A program made the translations under genes and the position numbers. A DNA stretch of 64,000 nucleotides from the human T2T-CHM13v2.0 reference genome, Homo sapiens, in the NCBI RefSeq assembly GCF_009914755.1, contig NC_060943.1; one strand, written 5' to 3'. Shown here piece after piece: positions 25,400 to 38,864 of this stretch; position 1 is the stretch's first letter; each line of letters opens with the position of its first letter. The notes beneath the pieces are model-generated. The model did not search any database and was not told the origin of the DNA. It saw only the letters and a program-made list of their open reading frames with translations.

Positions 25400-25800
25400 C
25401 CATCTTCAGACTTTGTGTCAATTGCATCTCAGCCAAGGTTTCCATTAATGGGTTATCATATTATATCACCTGCAAAACAGAGAAAAGGAGGGCTGTTCTA
25501 AAATTCTAACGTGAAAAGTGAGCGTGTCAAATGCAGAATGTGCAGACACAGTGACCATGGAGTTTACCACTTTATTAAAATTGTGATTGTTCACATAAAG
25601 ACTCAAACAGGTCACATATTAATAATTATCACTGACAATCTTTAACATCAGCCGAAGCCCACAAGTGAAGCAATATTACATCTCCCGGTCTCATTTATCT
25701 TACTGCTTATGGCCCCTCTGTGGTCAGCACGCTGTGAGCTTTGTGGACATTTAATTATGAGCACATCATAAATGGAGCTGACAGGGCAGAGGCTGCCCAG
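25400..25800. promoter_or_regulatory. Candidate conserved enhancer
   Basis: Repeat-free; TGTCAATTG, CCATTAATGG, ATTAATAATTAT, CTGACAAT, TTAATTATGA, CATCATAAAT..CTGACAG. Confidence 0.4.
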
Positions 25801-26319
25801 GGATGCTCCTGGCAAGGGGGTCACGGTGGAAAGTAGTTAGTTGATGCACCCTCCCGAACAGGGAGTGGCAGAGACTGCTTCTCCACGTGGCCCCGCTACC
25901 GTTCCCTGTTGCCCACTGCAGAGGCAGTAGGCCGGAATGTGTTCAGTTATTGACAGCCCTCTAACTTTCAGAAGCGTCAGCCCAGTTGCCTTAAAACCTA
26001 AGACCAGCCCCACAGTCTCTCCTGTCCCGCTTAGCTCTGAGAGTCCCTTGGCTTGCCTCTCTGTGTGTCTTCGGCTGTTTACAGAGCTCTCTAAATGTGG
26101 GCTTCACTCTGATGCACATGAAGAGGGTGGACTTTCTTCCCATACCCCAGGGGTCCAGAGATCCCACTGTCCTCTCCAGCTGTCCCCAGTGTCTTCTGTG
26201 CAAACCACTCAGCTCTAACAAGGTGCAAAGGACAGTGAGGGCCCCAAGAACATCCCCGCCCCTCACCTCAATGCAGGAAATACCTTTCCACTACAGCAAA
26301 AAAAAAAAGGGACTCTGCA

Positions 26320-26700
26320 ACGCAAGTGGTGGGGTGGGGAGGGCTTTTTTGTTCGCTTCTAATTAGCCACCGCTCTGATGTGATAGCCAAGGCGTCACGC
26401 ACTAATAAGGCCACGCGTGTCCCCGAGTGGACCTGGGAGAGCAGCAGGACTTCCCCATGTCATGTTTCAAAGCAACTGTCCTCGGAGGGCCGAGGTACGG
26501 ATTCCTCCACTGCCCCAGCAGGCTCGATGGGGAAGACAAAGCGTATAATAAGGGGCGTGCGATGAAGGGGCTCCGAGGAGAAAGCTGAAAAGTAGCTATC
26601 ATGTTGGCAGATAAATTCTACACACAATTATTCATTCCTAGCCTCTTGACATGTAGATTAATGAGTTTGATAACCCAGGCTTCTAAGAAGTAGATTCCAC
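26320..26700. promoter_or_regulatory. CpG-retaining non-repeat island (candidate enhancer/orphan promoter)
   Basis: 16 CpGs counted in 26321-26575; CTAATTAG, CACGCG, TATAATA. Confidence 0.4.
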
Positions 26701-27553
26701 TCTGTTTGCAGGCTTTCTCCCCCTCTACCTACAAACAGCACACAGGTCTATGGAGAAAAAAACAAATCGATACATTTGCAGTGGCCATCACTGCTTTTTG
26801 TGGTTGGAGCCCTACGTCAAAAATATGATGTGTCTTCTCCTTCCTGGCGTGGGAGAAGCCAGTCATGGCCAGGCGGACCCTGGAGGGGACTGTGGGCTTC
26901 AGATCTTGGACTCCACTAAGTCCTGGACTCTTTTTAGTGGGCTGGGCATGGAGCATTTCCAACTCCAGTCCCGAGGGAAAAGGGCCATTTATTGACAGAG
27001 CAGCTGTAGCCTGCTATTGTGCCTTAGGTTGAAGTCCCTGCTGGCAGAGTTCCAGGTCAGCACCCAGACATCCTCGCCAAGAAAGAGCCATATGGAGGAA
27101 GGAATGACGCAGGAGCAGGACAGTCACACCTACACCCACGCCAGGTATTTCACTTAGGACCGGTGAACAGCACCAAACTCCAACCCAAGTGTAAGGAGTT
27201 CAAATCCTTGAAAAGAGAAATTGGGTTCACTGCATTCATCAAGATGATTTGGGGTTTATGTTACGATTCCATCACCCCCAACCCACAGTGATGCAGATTT
27301 TGGAGATGTATTTTGATTATCCATTCCTTTGACTTTTTAGCCATTTGGCAACAGCATTTCTAGATCTCAGCCTCATTTTATTTCCTTTTCATCACGTTGG
27401 TGTTTATGTTCTAAAGATAAAACACGTGGGGGAGGTGGAGAGGGTAGAGGGGAAGGCTTCCCACCTGATATCCTGCTAGGAGGTTTTATGGCCACCCTCC
27501 TCTGCCAGGCAAGCCCTCTGGGAAACAGAGTAGACCTCAAAAACCTAGAGTGG

Positions 27554-27839
27554 GGCCAGGCACGGTGGCTCATGCCTGTAATTCCAGCACTTTGGGAGGC
27601 CGAGGCAGATGGATCACTTGTGGCCAGAAGTTCGAGACCAGCCTGGCCAACATGGTGAGACCCTGTCTCTACTAAAAATACAAAAATTAGCCTGGCAAGA
27701 TGGTGGGCGCCTGTAATCCCAGCTACTCAGGAGGCTGAGACAGGAGAGTCACTTGAACCTGGGAGGCATAGATTTCAGTGAGCCGAGATTGCACCACTGC
27801 ACTCCAGCCTGGGTGACAAAGACTCTGAGAAAAAAAAAA
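27554..27839 (+). mobile_element. AluS
   Basis: Full dimer; CCTAGAG on both flanks. Confidence 0.95.
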
Positions 27840-28213
27840 TCCCTAGAGGGAGTAGAGGGAGCCCTGTCTGGGTGCTGGGTGACTGAATAATTCACCTCCC
27901 CCAGTCATCACAGATTCAATGTCTGTGAAATCTGTGTGGCTGCTGGAAATAAGGGGTACAGGGAGATCATTCTTCAAGACACCTTCTTTTATCCTCCAGA
28001 AAGAGAAATGAATGGAGTGGAAATTCACCCAGCTCACAAAAGTCCAATGAGGTCTTTGATTAGCAACATGGATCAGTTCAAGCATTTGAATTTCAACACA
28101 GCTTCCATGCCAACTTCAAAAGAGACAGCCCTGAGCTACACAAAGAGGGAAAAGTCTCTTTCCCCTATTCGAGTAGTCTTGAGGAGCCAGGCTTCTCACA
28201 GAGTCTTGGGGTG

Positions 28214-28487
28214 AGGATCGCCAGGTTTAGCAAATAAAAATTCAGGATGCCCACTTACATTTGAATTTCAGATAAACAGGGAATCATTTTTTAGTATAAA
28301 TATGTCCCAAATATGCATGGAACTAAAAAGATAATTTACCATATACTAAATACTAAGATAATATACCAAAAAATATTTTAGTATTCGTATGTCCTATGCA
28401 TATTTGAGACATATTTATACTAAAAAATTATTCAATATCTGAAATTCAAATTTAAGCAGACATCTAGTATTTCATCTGACAACCCTA
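28214..28487. mobile_element. MER53-like palindromic MITE with expanded centre
   Basis: GCCAG.TTTAGCAAATAAAAA...TTTGAATTTCAGATA / TATCTGAAATTCAAATTT...CTGACAACCCTA; long self-complementary arms. Confidence 0.85.
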
Positions 28488-30084
28488 TTCAGGGTGTCCT
28501 TGTAAAACTGCTCAGGGAAGAACCAGGGTGTGACCAAGGAGAAAAGAGCAAAAACAGGCTCAAAATTCAAGACAGCCACACCCAGGGGCCTCTTCCATCC
28601 CTCCATCTGGCCTCTCCGAAAACATCCTGCTTCCTCCTGAGCCCAAAGCTCCAACCACTGAAAGAAAACTTGGACCATTGTTCCTGAGTAGATGAGAAGC
28701 CTCCATCTCCGGCTTCCAGGGCTCTGTATATAAGACCCTAAACTGGAGGGTATGGGGCTGGGAGGACACCAAGGTAGACCTCAAGAAACCAGAGCCCATG
28801 GGACTGTCCTTGACAGCTGCCTTCCTGCTCCCCGAATACAGAACCTCCTACCTCACCACGGCCCAGTTGGGCTTTTTCTAGAAGACAGCGGAGGTTTGGA
28901 GGTCCTACTCTCCCACCTGGCCTGGCAGAAATCCCAGAACAGAACTACAGAATGCAACTGGGGCAGGGAGTGGGGAGAAAATCCAGCACTGCTTCCTTTT
29001 TCAAATCAATTATGGCCAGACTGACTCATCTTCTCTCATAGACCAGAAAGTCCCACATCTTGTTGTTTCTTAATCATATGGAAACCTAAATATAGACATA
29101 TCTGCAGAAGGACAAGCTGAGAAAACCAGTATCCTTGTTCTCCCAGGGGAAAGCTCGATTCTCACTCTTTTCTCCTGGGTTTTAGTTTTGGGACTGTGTC
29201 CCCAGTAGTGCACAGAGCATGCGCCTGTTGGGGCAATGGCAGCAACTCAGACCTACTTCCAGGTCTGCTGCTGCGCCTGGGTCCCCATCACATACCGCTT
29301 GATCTTGCCTCTGGAAAGACCTCCATCTTCCATCCCACCATGAGAGCAGTATGATGAGAAGGAAGCCAGGCACCTCAGTCACATCTCAGCAGAGGGCCTT
29401 TGTGAATGGAACCCTCACTGATGTCTGGCCTTGAGCAGACACCCAAGGCTGCAGGCTCCAGAGATGATCTCAGCAGAAGAGTCCCACTGAGCACCAGGCC
29501 AGGCATAGTGGAGTCAATCAGGCACCCAGGAGGAAGCAGGACCCCTGCAATGCTTTGCGTCCCAGTCCTTCTTCCCTTCACTCATTTCTGGGAAACAGCA
29601 CAAAGGATGGCTTTATTGGGAAATAGCTTATTACCCTTCTGGAAGGGTCTTGAGGCCCCAAGTTTCAGAAAGCTGGGGCCACGGAGAAAATGTAGCTGTG
29701 CTGCACAGAACAGAGATGCAAATGAGATAGCCAATCCTATGATCCTAACAAAAGTCAGTTTGTCCGGAAAAAGCATTTTAGAGGAGATCAAAGTCATGTC
29801 AGAGTAGCCACGAAAAAGCTTTAGCAAAGCACAGTGGTCAGATTTAGCAATGAGAATAATGAGACCAGGGAAGAGCGGCCAGTAGCCTGGGATTCTTTGG
29901 TGCAACATGAATGAGGACAAAATCAGGATGTCATTGACAGCCAACCAACAGCCCAGGCTTCATGCAGCAGGCAACCTGGGCAGCAGGACCTGGACTTCAA
30001 GGCTAAAGGAGCGTCTGTCAGCTAACTCTCCTGCTGTCTCCACGCCATGCCCAAAGCACAATCTAATATCTTCCTGGCATCCCT

Positions 30085-30797
<713 letters not shown>

Positions 30798-31299
30798 TTA
30801 GATACGGCACATCCTTGCCAGTTCTCCGCAGTCCCCAGCACTCCCTATTGTCTAACCTCTGCTCCGTGGGTCGGTGCACTGTGAAGGCCCTGCCCTTGGC
30901 ACCAAAGGACCACAACAGGAACACAAGCACCTCTACCCTCCCCAGAAGCCTTTTCCCACTGGTCCCCTCCCATCTCTCAGAAGAACCATTATTCTAGGCA
31001 CCTTCCCTCCTGTAACTTCAGGTCCCCAAGGGCCTGTGATCTGCCATCTACCACCCCAATAGAGGCATACATGCATAAGACAAAAACCCCAGTGTCTTGG
31101 AAACTGTCTAGAAAATAATTTAAATAACAGACATCGCAGCATTTTTAGACCAAAAAAAAAATGTAACAAAGTCATGCCCAAGGCCCAGGGTTAAATGCAA
31201 CCCACATGGCAAGAATGACATGCCCATTTCACAGACTGTGGCATCAGAGGTCAAAGTCCTATTTCCCCTGACTCTATTCCCTTTAATTTTCAGGATGAA

Positions 31300-32900
31300 T
31301 GGCTCACCCGTGGGGGTGGAGGGGCAGGAAGTTTCATCAATGTATTAAGTGTTGAAGGGGGAAAAAGTTCTGATTGGCTGATTCAGGAATTGGGATTCTG
31401 GGCAGAGCTTTACAAAAGGATAATGTATCTTTAAGCCTAGGTGCCCTTCAGGGAATGTATTGGATAAATGTCTTCTGAAAAGCCTGTAAATATTCCATCG
31501 CCTCACTGTCATTACTACCATGAAATGAAAATGAAGCATGAAAGAAATATAATTCCATATTCAGATGACAGCATTAGCCTCCATAAGCAAACTGAAATAT
31601 TTATTAGTAAAATGTTCAGTATCTACGCCTGTAATCTAAAAAAAGGACAAAAATGTTTTATAATAAAAAAGAGATTGAATGCAGAGGTAAAATCTGGTTG
31701 GCTGATTTTATTGCTTATTATTAAATCCTGGCAAAACAATTATTTTTTTCTTTTCATTAGTAAGACACCCAAATTAAAACTCTGCCCTCCGGCTGCAAGG
31801 TTTACAGTAGTGATTAAAAACAAGGAATTGTGATGCATGGGGCTTTTGACAATGGCATAATCAAATTCATTCATATTGTTCAATCTTTCACTGACAAATA
31901 TTTTTACAGTGAAATATACCAAACAAAGAATCACATAGAACAACTATCAATACAGAGAAATTAGGAAAACCTTGTTATTATTTAAATAGTGAACTGATAC
32001 CACGTTGTCATAATCTTGAATACAAACATTATACTGTAGTTAATTAGGGTAATTATTGTCTAGATTGTGCTTAATTGTCTTATGCTGAATAGGACGTATG
32101 AATGATGCTTTTTGAGCTTTCTATAATACCTAAGTGCCGCCAAACTATTTCTTTATAATTTAATAGGTTTTGATGGTATTTCCTATAAGTCCCAAAATAC
32201 ATCTGAATACAAGCTAAGAGATAAACATGAACCATAGGCCTTGACCTCTGTTTCACCTTATTGAAAAGGAGGCGTAAGAGAGTCATTTAGTATACCAGCG
32301 TCACAGAGCATTCCCGCACCCTGAGCACATTCCTTAAAGGAAAGGGAAAAGGAAAAAAAAAAAAAAAAACAGAGTCTTTGAAGTGAATGAAAAATTAGAA
32401 ATTCAAGTGACCACGATCAATTCTGAAACACTGCACAAAATTAATTACAGTTTGGCATCAGAAGCAAGAATGTAGATTTCAGACAGTCGGTGTCATTTAT
32501 CTCGAGCCGCACAATATACAAAGCGATTAAAAGCCAAATCTGTCCCCACCTCCCAAGTCTAAGGCCTCTCAGAGGCTGTGAAGTACAAATGATTAACTCC
32601 AAATTATGCGAGGGACTGGGCAGCCGCTTCAGCTTGAATGGAGTGTGTGGCAAGTCGCAGACGCTGGAGAAGGACAGATTTGCGGCTTTTTATCAAAATC
32701 CAGTCTGGCCAACCATTGACGGACTCCAGATAAATTACCCAGGGATCTGACAGTGGCTGCAGAAAGCTGGCTCGGCAAAATCCAAATCTCTAATTTCTAT
32801 CTGTTTTTAATTGCTTGCCTTAAATTTGCATTTGGTTTAAAGGATTTATTCTATTCTATAGGCTACTCTGACCAAATTGCTTTCTATTTCACATAGAGTT
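31300..32900. promoter_or_regulatory. Long repeat-free candidate conserved non-coding element cluster
   Basis: 1.6 kb without recognisable repeats; dense TAAT/ATTA, TGACA, ACAAT/ACAAAG, TGATTAA, CCAAT words. Confidence 0.5.
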
Positions 32901-33270
32901 GCAGGAACCTGTCTTAGGAGGCGGGGAAAGATGTGGCTTTTTAATCACTTTTAATATGCAAGTTCAGTGTCTTGAATACACCTAGGCTAGGGAGATCCCC
33001 TGCCCTCTCTAAATCCTGGGATTAGTCCAAGAAGCTATCAGTGCCCAGGTGCTACTCAGACGTCCTCGGCCTCTCCTACCCAGAAAAACCCCACAGAGAA
33101 ACCCAGCCATACCCTCCTTCCTTCATCTGGGGCCCCATTCTCATTAGCCCCCGTTAGAAAAGGCAGGACATGCGTGTGTTCAAAATACATCTTATTCTGT
33201 TGTCAAAACTCACTCAGTATTAAAAAGGCTGACAGATTTTCCCTACACCAAGAAACCACACATGCAGTGT

Positions 33271-33296
33271 CACACACACACACACACACACACACA
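33271..33296. repeat. (CA)13 microsatellite
   Basis: Direct reading. Confidence 0.97.
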
Positions 33297-33737
33297 AGCT
33301 GGGTGCCTGCTTCATTTAACCTTGCATTTGTAACCAGTTTATTAACACGAGGATTGCCAAGTGAAAAACTGTCATTTTAAGATTTGCAAATTGAGCCTCA
33401 CCTCACAAACCCTTAGATTCTGAGCAATTGGCTTCGGGTTTCTGGGTGAAACCAGGGCTGCCCTCACCAGCTGTGATTGACTGAGCTGTACCTGACTTAA
33501 CCCAGGTTCTCTCCCACCTGCCCCTACTGAATACTCTCCACCCTTTCACTGGGGATTTCTTAAACACAGCTGGAGATATCGCATTGCAGAAGCTTCCCTA
33601 TGGCCCAGTGCTTCAGCTAAGCAAGTCTATTTATCCCATTGGTCTCAGACACAAATGGCTACTGATCCAGGGAGGTTGCACAGGACGGAGAAAGACTGAG
33701 CTTGAGGAAGGTCCATCTCCCATTTCCCTCCATTTCA

Positions 33738-34198
<461 letters not shown>

Positions 34199-34224
34199 CT
34201 ACTCACATACATGTTACCGTAACG

Positions 34225-34398
34225 AAAAGAAGGTCCACGTTGCCAGATACTCTGAATTTTCAGCAAAATCTGGATTCTTTCCAAAAATTTAAATGTTGAT
34301 TCACATTTTAAAGGCAAATAGAAGAACACTCTACTGGGCAAATATAAACACTTCTGATGGCCACATCCAATCCGGAGCCCCCAATTTATGACCTCAGG
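34225..34398 (-). mobile_element. MER102/MER103-like hAT fragment
   Basis: GTTGCCAGAT..TCTGA.TTTTCA..AAAATCTGGATT...TTTAAATGTTG, the reverse of the 30.7-kb element. Confidence 0.55.
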
Positions 34399-34664
34399 TC
34401 CTTATTTTTGGTGATTGTCATTGTCAAATGGCTGCAAAGAGACATCTCAGGATTCCAAAGGGCAGATTACCCCCTTCAACACTTATGATAGAAGCATGCC
34501 GTAACAGCGGTGCCTGAATTCCTCCTTGTCTTATGCTTACTGCCCCCAATGGCCTCATCTTGGAGTGACCCCTGGTGCCATAACCTTGAACAACTTAAGG
34601 GCTTTGGTCCAGCTCAGGGTCTATCTCCATGGCACTTTCAGTCTCTGGAAGCAGCCTTGACTCA

Positions 34665-35043
<379 letters not shown>

Positions 35044-35668
35044 GATATGCAGGCAAGTTTGCTGGTCCCAGCCCACCCTGCTTTCTGCAGCTCCAGGCTG
35101 GATCATCTCCAGCTGAGTGCAAACATCAGCTTCCACCCACACAGTCCCCCTGCTCATGGGTCCTGGGCTGCATTTTTCTCCAGACCGACTTCCCACTGCT
35201 GTGATCAGCTCAGTGGCATCTATTAGAGAGAGAAAGATGTGCTCTGCTACTGTAGGGTACCCTCAAGCTGCATCCTGCCAATGCCCATCAGTAAGCCTTA
35301 CAGAGCGAGGAGGAAAGAGAGAAGGCACTACGCTGGGGCCCCAACCAAATGCCTCCCCAAAGCAACCAATAACTCACCACTGATTACTAGCCAAGGAAAC
35401 ACTCAGCTCCCATACTGTGGCAGCTCCCTGTCTTGGCTCTCCTGACTGCAAATGCCATGACAGTGACCACTGCATCCCTTTATAGCACCCTGGGCTTGCA
35501 CTGGATTATTTATGCTGAGGAAGTGTGGCCAGGTGGAGGGTGCAATGGATGTAAAATCAGAAGCGCGCAGAGGCTGTAGCACGTTCAGTAAGTCATAGGA
35601 ACTCAGAGCTTCTGTTTAAGCATCTAGAAATAGAGTTTATATCACCCGCCTTACAGGTGCTAGATGAA

Positions 35669-35949
<281 letters not shown>

Positions 35950-36171
35950 TGATGCTGGAAGAATTAAATTTGCAGTTTATATATGTCAAATCATCATGTA
36001 AACACTATGAATGAGTCTCTTTTTTCAGGGTTATGTGGCTGCTCTGTGCACAATGCACAGTGACTGGTGTCAGCCCTGCGTCTCAAAACTCCCACCCCAC
36101 GGCAGCAACATCTTTTGAAATAAAATTGGTGGAATATTGTTTCTAGGAAACTCGGTTTATAATAGTTTCAA

Positions 36172-36270
36172 GATGCATTTATTCAACCATGGGAAAAACA
36201 TAAGAAAATAAGAGTGCATGGTTCCTACCCTCAAGGAGCTTCCAATCTATTTGCAAGGCAGAGATGGTGG
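36172..36270 (-). mobile_element. L2 fragment
   Basis: CATTTATTCAAC...CATGGTTCCT.CCCTCAAGGAGCTT.CAATCTA. Confidence 0.55.
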
Positions 36271-37059
36271 TGGAATAAAGTAGGTAGTTGTAGTGAGGTC
36301 CAGACATCTGAAAAGTTGAGTCCCACAGGCCAGGCCAAAGTCATAACCTGGTTTGTCTTCCCCAGCCCTGAGAAACAGTTTTCTGACTGCTCATACCAGA
36401 ATCAAAACATACAGAATTTGAATCCCCCTGAAAATAAACACTCACCTTCCTAAAAACAGAGACTTGAGCAGGAGGTCTCTCTTGCTATCACATCCCAAGG
36501 TGTGGGGAAAAAATGCAGGTGGTTTTCCTGCCCTACAGTGAGTCCCCCACCAGGGTCAGGAAATGAGATGACATTTGAGAAAGGGTCTTATCAGCCGTCA
36601 TCTTTATTCCAGCATTGTCTTCATCAAAAGTATTAAATTCAATAAGCTCAAAGTATTAGAGAGAAAACAGAAGGGTTGGCTTTGGACATCTATGAAGCAG
36701 AAAGCTTCAGGTTTAGCAACTTAGGAAATTATCTTTGTAAAATATCAGAACTTTGAGGAGTTCAGGCAATATTTATCAATAGCATTTTTTCACTCTGCAT
36801 TCGTGATTCGAGCTGCAAGACTCCATCATGTGAAGTTAGCAGAATGTCTGTCTTGCTGTTCTGAACACAAAATTGGAGTCACAGACATTCACATCGACAC
36901 CTCGAAACTACCACTCCTGAGAGGCCAGGATGCCACAAATCAACCTGAATAACCAAATCCTCCGAGAGAGCAAAAAACAACCTTCCCCTGCCTCAGAAGA
37001 GACCAGCGCCCAGTTCACCCTCTTCAGAAATACCATTTGTACTTTTCAGAATCAGAATG

Positions 37060-37170
37060 TGACCTTACAATGAGGAAACAAAGGATCAGAGAGGTGAAAC
37101 CACTTGCAGAAAGACTCACAGCAAGTTAGCGAGCAACCTGAGACCAGGATGCCAATCTAGGGCTCCCTCT
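37060..37170 (-). mobile_element. MIR fragment
   Basis: ATGAGGAAAC...CAGAGAGGTGAA..CACTTGC...TCACAGCAAGTTAG. Confidence 0.6.
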
Positions 37171-37798
37171 CTGCTCCTGCAAGGTAGGGGAACTCCTCTA
37201 TTGACTCTTGAATATCTCCACGTTCATAGGGGGCTGTTGGAGACCTTGGAGAAGGACAAGTTCAGCTGTCCTCAGGCCTGAGAGCAGAACCTGCTCAATT
37301 GTCATTCCTGAGCTTCCCCCATGAGCTCACGCTACAGATGGGTGCACATCAGAACCGCACATCAGAGGCATGCAAAGTCATCCACTGAGGCTAGCAGGGG
37401 TAAACACATAAAAAATGTTCACAGGGCCTTCAGGAAGGCACGGATGAAACAAATCTCAAATTGCAGGAGAACTTTCCAAAGCATAACCATCCAAAGGATG
37501 TGGTGTGTACATGGCCATCTCAGAAAATTTCAACAGAAAAGGAGGTATCATTTAAATTAGAAGGGGGTACCCAAAGAAAATGTTCACAGGGCATGTTTCA
37601 TTGACTCTGTACTTGGCAGTGGACCTTAGAGAGACTCTGACAATAACAATGCACATTGCATGGTTTTCATTTCAGATTAGCTATTGGATACCTCACAACC
37701 CAAAGCTTAGTCTTCTCAGAGAACCTCCATAGCCAACAGCAATGCATCATATTGTTAAATGAAAGCCAAATAAGTTTCATTAGAAAAGGCAATGAGGG

Positions 37799-38073
37799 AG
37801 CTGGGCACAGTGCTCCCACCTGTAATCCCAGCACTTTGGGAGGCCAAGGCAGGAAGATTGCTTGAGCCCAGGGGTTCCAGGCCAGTCTGGGAAACAAAGT
37901 GAGGTCCTGTCTCTACAAAAAGAATTAAAAATTAGCCAGGCATGGTGGTGTGCACCTGTAGTCCTAGCTACTTGGGAGGATGGCTTGAGCCCAGGAGGTG
38001 GAGGCTGCAGTGACCTATGATTGAGCCACTGCACTCCAGCCTAGGCAAAGGAGCAAGATCCTGTCTCAAAAAA
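37799..38073 (+). mobile_element. AluJ
   Basis: Dimer with J diagnostics. Confidence 0.93.
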
Positions 38074-38240
38074 GAAGGAAAGGAAGGCAGGGAGGAAGGC
38101 AGGCAGGAAGGCAGGCAGGAGGGAGGGAGGAAGGGAGGAAAGGCAGGAAGGCAGGAAGGCAGGAAGGCAGGAAGGCAGGAAGGCAGGAAGGAAGGAAGGA
38201 AGGAAGGAAGGAAGGAAGGAAGGAAGGAAGGAAGGAAAGA
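38074..38240. repeat. GGAA/GGCA compound microsatellite including a pure (GGAA)13 at 38186-38237
   Basis: Direct reading. Confidence 0.97.
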
Positions 38241-38297
38241 AAATGATCTAAGGGTCACAGTGGGCCACCACTAATAATAAGTCAGGATTGTGAGGCA

Positions 38298-38480
38298 AGG
38301 TGGTACAGTGGAAAGAGGGAAGGCAAAAGTCCCTATTCTGCAACTAACACTAGACAAGCTTCTCCTTAGATCTCAATCCTCCCAGCCATAAAATGGGGGA
38401 GGAAATAATACCCCTTCTATCATTCTTAGAAGGTTGGTTTATAGGCTCAAAAGAAGGGATACAATGCACACGCATAAGGC
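38298..38480 (+). mobile_element. MIR
   Basis: GGTACAGTGGAAAGAG...GACAAG...TAAAATGGGG..AATAATACC. Confidence 0.55.
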
Positions 38481-38546
38481 TTTACTGCTGAGATGCTGGC
38501 CCTAGGGACTAGCAAATGTATGGACTTGACCCTCCCATGATGTGAG

Positions 38547-38864
38547 TCTTTTTTTAGTTGTTGGAGTCTCACTGTGTTGCCCAAGCTGGAATGCAGTGGC
38601 TACTCAGAGGCATACTCACAACTCACTGTGGCCTTCAACTCCTGGGTGCAAGCAATCCTCCCACCTCAGCCTCCCAAGTAGCTGGGACTACAGAAATGGA
38701 CCACCACAGCCAACTAGTTTTTTTATGAATATTTTTTGTAGAGATGGGGTCTTGCTATGTTGCCCAGGCCGGTCTGGAACTGCTGGCCTCATGCAATCCT
38801 CCCGCCTCAGCCTCCTGAGTAACTGGGACCACTGGGACCACAGGCACATGCCACTGCATTCTGC
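38547..38864 (-). mobile_element. Primitive Alu dimer (FLAM_A-like left + FAM-like right)
   Basis: The right unit keeps the FAM segment (reverse: GCCTCTGAGTAGCCACTGCA); the left unit has CCCAGT/TACTCAGGAGG rather than CAGCACTTTGGGAGG. Confidence 0.75.

Noticed and set aside
25021-25509. 162-aa K/R-rich ORF, and the antisense poly-L/F and poly-P ORFs
   Set aside because: Translation of an Alu end plus the GAA/GAG repeat; no evidence of a real gene
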